From contig JAQGDQ010001195.1 of the NCBI GenBank assembly GCA_030141605.1, forward strand, positions 1 through 56,093: DNA of 56,093 nt, written 5' to 3'. The notes under the pieces are model-generated. The model made no database searches. It worked only from the letters and a program-made list of their open reading frames with translations, and was not told the DNA's origin. The DNA is from Tubiluchus corallicola. Its lineage: Eukaryota; Animalia; Priapulida. The translations under genes and the position numbers were made by a program. Below are positions 52,550-56,093 of the stretch, in pieces. Each line of letters starts with the position of its first letter. The stretch's first letter is position 1.

Positions 52550-53218
52550 GCTGCACTGAACACTGAGAGTGAGAGTGAGAGAGTCTCCTGCACTGAACAC
52601 TGAGAGTGAGAGAGAGAGAGAGAGTCTCCTGCACTGAACACTGAGAGTGTGAGAGTCTCCTGTACTGAACACTGAGAGTGAGAGTGTGAGAGTCTCCTGC
52701 ACTGAACACTGAGAGTGAGAGTGTGAGAGTCTCCTGCACTGAACACTGAGAGTGTGAGGGTCTCCTGCACTGAACACTGAGAGTGAGAGTGTGAGAGTCT
52801 CCTGCACTGAACACTGAGAGTGAGAGAGTCTCCTGCACTGAACACTGAGAGTGAGAGTGTGAGAGTCTCCTGCACTGAACACTGAGAGTGAGAGTGTGAG
52901 AGTCTCCTGCACTGAACACTGAGAGTGAGAGTATGAGAGTCTCCTGCACTGAACACTGAGAGTGAGAGAGGCTCCTGTACTGAACACTGAGAGTGAGAGT
53001 GTGAGAGTCTCCTGCACTGAACACTGAGAGTGAGAGTGTGAGAGTCTCCTGCACTGAACACTGAGAGTGTGAGAGTCTCCTGCACTGAACACTGAGAGTG
53101 AGAGTGTGAGAGTCTCCTGCACTGAACACTGAGAGTGAGAGAGTCTCCTGCACTGAACACTGAGACTGAGAGTGTGAGTCTCCTGCACTGAACACTGAGA
53201 GTGAGAGTGAGAGAGTGA
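52550..53218. repeat. Variable 28-36-bp minisatellite (GTCTCCTGCACTGAACACT plus a GAGAGT/GTGA tract)
   Basis: Directly visible; explains three overlapping repetitive minus-strand ORFs. Confidence 0.93.
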
Positions 53219-54375
53219 CTAGAAAGCAAAACCAGTCAGTACATAAAGGTATAGGTGACCTATGCAGACTTGCACAGGCTTCACAACAACCATTACTTTA
53301 AAATAGGGAGAGAACCAGTGAATATGCATTCACTGGACCGTACATTTATACTGGGGGTAAGTTGGCTGGTAGAATGTAACAGAATTAGCTCATAGATGGC
53401 AGCACCTAATTAAAATGTACAATTCCAACTTCTACATCAGGGGAAGAAAAGGAAATGTTATGCTATGTCTAAAAAAACTCCGTGCAAATCTATATTACCT
53501 TGCATTTCACTTACCTGCTAGAAAGATTTAGGCATCTAGAAAAGAAAATTATTAATTATTCAAAATGTTTTCATCAAATGGGCAAAATGTCGTTGACTCA
53601 CCCTCCCGGGTGCACCACTCACTAATCAAAAAACATAATTTTAACCTTATTGACAAGATACAATAATTTATTATTTTACTTAGTTAGTAACGTGTGCGCT
53701 ACGAATGCCGTGGTTAGTTTTTCAAATTTTACTCGGTGTTATCTAAACCTAACGTATTTGCATTACTAAATATCATTCTTGAAGTGTGTTGTACAAGAGG
53801 CTCTTGTGTGTTGTACAGGAGTAGCAGCCGAAACTCGACTCAATTTCCTCTTGATGACTCCAAAAACCTGTAATTGTATTTGTCTTTTTGTTCTCCTTAC
53901 TCCTTTCATAACATTTTCATTGCAAAATATTATAACTATACGTATACAAAATTTTTCTCCATTAACACAAACTATTTTAAAATTATTAATTACAATCCTG
54001 CAAAAATAAAAATATAATCACCTCTAAAAAAACTAAAACTATAATATCTAAAACATACTCCAATGAGCCTCTTTCTCCAAACTGTTTTTTATTGCTGTCC
54101 TGTTCTTACTGACCCACCTGACTTTCCCTTTTTCTCATTTATTACATAATTCTTTTCTCTCTAGTACAAACTACATATACCAACAAATGCCAGGTGCCAC
54201 TTGCTGGTCGGCCGCTGCTTAGCGATATACTTCAGTACAACCTAAAGACATGTGCTCGCACCTAGCATAACCTCTTTGGTTATCGCATTTCAAAGACCAA
54301 TTTTATATTGGTTTTCATAAAGAGTCTAGCGTTTCTTCTCTTTTCTTCTCTCATCTAGTGTTTCTTCTCTTTCAG

Positions 54376-54765
54376 ATTTTGATGTGCAGTCAGACAATTT
54401 GGGATGCTGGGAGGTATCAGAAGGAGACAAGATTCTCGTCGATCCGCTGGACGATACCTCCTACGTTGCGTGGCGCCACTACGGCAGTGGTTCTCAAGTG
54501 TTAAACGATTGCAAACATTTCTGTGGAAACCGGAGCTACCCTTACGTGGGCCTGACGAGCAATAGGGTCGGAATCGAATGCTCTTGTCATTATAAATACG
54601 GAAGTGGCGGTCCAGCGAATAACTCTTGCAATCGGATGTGTACTCGCTACTACAAGACTTGTGAGTACAAGCGCTTGAATGAACGCAGCGATGGATGGTT
54701 TGTCGATGAGACACAGTGTCAAACGTGCGGTGGGCAGAATGCTATGCAAGTCCATCCTTCTACAA
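54376..54765 (+). CDS. WSC-domain exon 4 (390 nt, phase 1-1) with an extra Cys pair
   Basis: tttcttctctttcag| LGCW...DCKHFC....PYVGL....ECSC...YG....CNRMC...TCGGQNAMQVH |GTAAAT; could instead read through to the stop at 54860. Confidence 0.85.
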
Positions 54766-55640
54766 GTAAATACATGGTTTTTGAATATGTATCAGAAAAG
54801 TTAATGATAGTTTGTCGCTTCGTGAAACTAATTTCTTTTACTTTGTTAAGTTGCAAATGATTTCAGTTTATGAACTAATTTTGAACAAGATTATTTTGTT
54901 GGTGGTTCTTTGTGAAATCTTGACGTTTATTATTACTAATAAACAATAAATGCATTGAAGTCCAAGTTGATTTTTTAATTTTAAAACCAATAATTTAATT
55001 ACGCGCTAAATTAAAAGGCAACTAATAGATGCCAAACGAGCAAAAAAATCTATAAATCAAGAAAATCGGAGATCTACGAAGAAAAACAGATTGGACAGTA
55101 GACATACAATTGTATTTTTACTTGAAATCACAGTCGGGTTTATAGAGTTTTTGATTTACTCGTGCGAAATATTTACAAATATACCTAGACCACTGCAAAG
55201 TCTTTCTACTCATATCTCAATGTAAAACTAATCCAAAACAAATAACAGTATGTATTCTGACTCCCGAATTTCAGACACAAAGGTAAAGTAGAAAAACCAA
55301 AAATATTTTGCAAAATGCGTCTTAGATTTTAAAATTTTCTATGCATACTACATTAATTTTTCCTACGTCCATGAAATCAAATTTCTTACTTTTCACGAAT
55401 TAAAATAACAATGAAATAATAAATAAGAATATATAAGTTGTTAATACTTACAGAAATTTTTGATAGTAAATTTATAACACAATTTACACGATTCTAGATA
55501 CTTCACTAGAGATTGGTAATCAATAATTGAACACTCTTGAGCGAGAAGAATAAAAGTGAATTTGTTGCACAATCATCAACACTTAAATAATGTATGAAGA
55601 CAAAACATTGTCATGACCAAACAACAGCGACATTCAACGT

Positions 55641-56093
55641 TCATAGTTTCTCTAAACTTCTGGAATTAGTTAAAAGTTCTCTTGTCAATCTCCACGTTTG
55701 CTTAGCGGCCGTCTCGAGTCCAGCTGGACTTCTGCCCTTGAAGAGGTCCATTGCTGGAAGAAAGTAGTGCGGACACCTCCGACACTGTAAGCAGGAGATG
55801 AGCTGCAGAAAGATCCCATTTATCCTGTATCCTAGAGCAGTTTCATCCCAGTCACTTTCCCGGGGATGTTTTTCACATTCGTAAAGTAACAGAGTTTTCA
55901 TGTGGTAGTTCGTGATGGGTTGCCCCGTGAGATCTAGATGTCTGTCACGCATCGCTTTGAGGATGCTGAGGCATCTCTTCCGACAGCCGCCGTAGAGGAG
56001 CATGTTTTCTGCTTCATCGAAGGATATGACCCAGGCATCTCCTTCAGCAGAAGACTGCTTGGCGTGAACATGTGGAAGTTCTTTAGACAAGAG
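55641..56093 (-). CDS. mab-21: Protein mab-21 (MAB21L1/2 orthologue-like), C-terminal part; runs off the window
   Basis: KQSSAEGDAW, GGCRKRCLSILK..RDRHL, NYHMKTL..YECEKHPRE, LQLISCLQCRRCPHYFLP and AAKQTWRL.RE.LTN..SLEKL* match mab-21. Confidence 0.96.
   Translation of the reverse strand, partial: LLSKELPHVHAKQSSAEGDAWVISFDEAENMLLYGGCRKRCLSILKAMRDRHLDLTGQPITNYHMKTLLLYECEKHPRESDWDETALGYRINGIFLQLISCLQCRRCPHYFLPAMDLFKGRSPAGLETAAKQTWRLTRELLTNSRSLEKL

Noticed and set aside
52425-53229. Three long minus-strand ORFs, and a constant motif with variable spacers
   Set aside because: Spacers are only GA/GT slippage variants; the ORFs are translated minisatellite

Overview
AT-rich, repeat-dense animal (invertebrate-like) genomic DNA with spliceosomal introns. 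No CRISPR, rRNA or true tRNA was found, and most ORFs in the track are translated satellites or transposon pieces. Host genes: a multi-exon pentraxin-domain gene (+, ~10.3-22.9 kb) with a C-terminal heptad tail, a multi-WSC-domain gene built from phase 1-1 exons (+, ~41-54.8 kb), and the 3' part of mab-21 (-, window end). The main finding is a full-length but decayed BEL/Pao LTR retrotransposon (30051-37380) whose Gag reading frame contains an intronless glycogenin (GT8) catalytic domain fused in frame on both sides. A solo LTR of the same family lies at 44129-44566. About 2 kb to the left of the element is an orphan two-exon G6PD fragment that keeps its intron and lies just past the 3' end of a non-autonomous Helitron. 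Many MITEs (piggyBac-, hAT-, Tc1-, pogo- and Merlin/MULE-like), a tRNA-derived SINE, LINE tails and mini/microsatellites fill the rest. All homology calls are by-eye motif recognition, not database searches.
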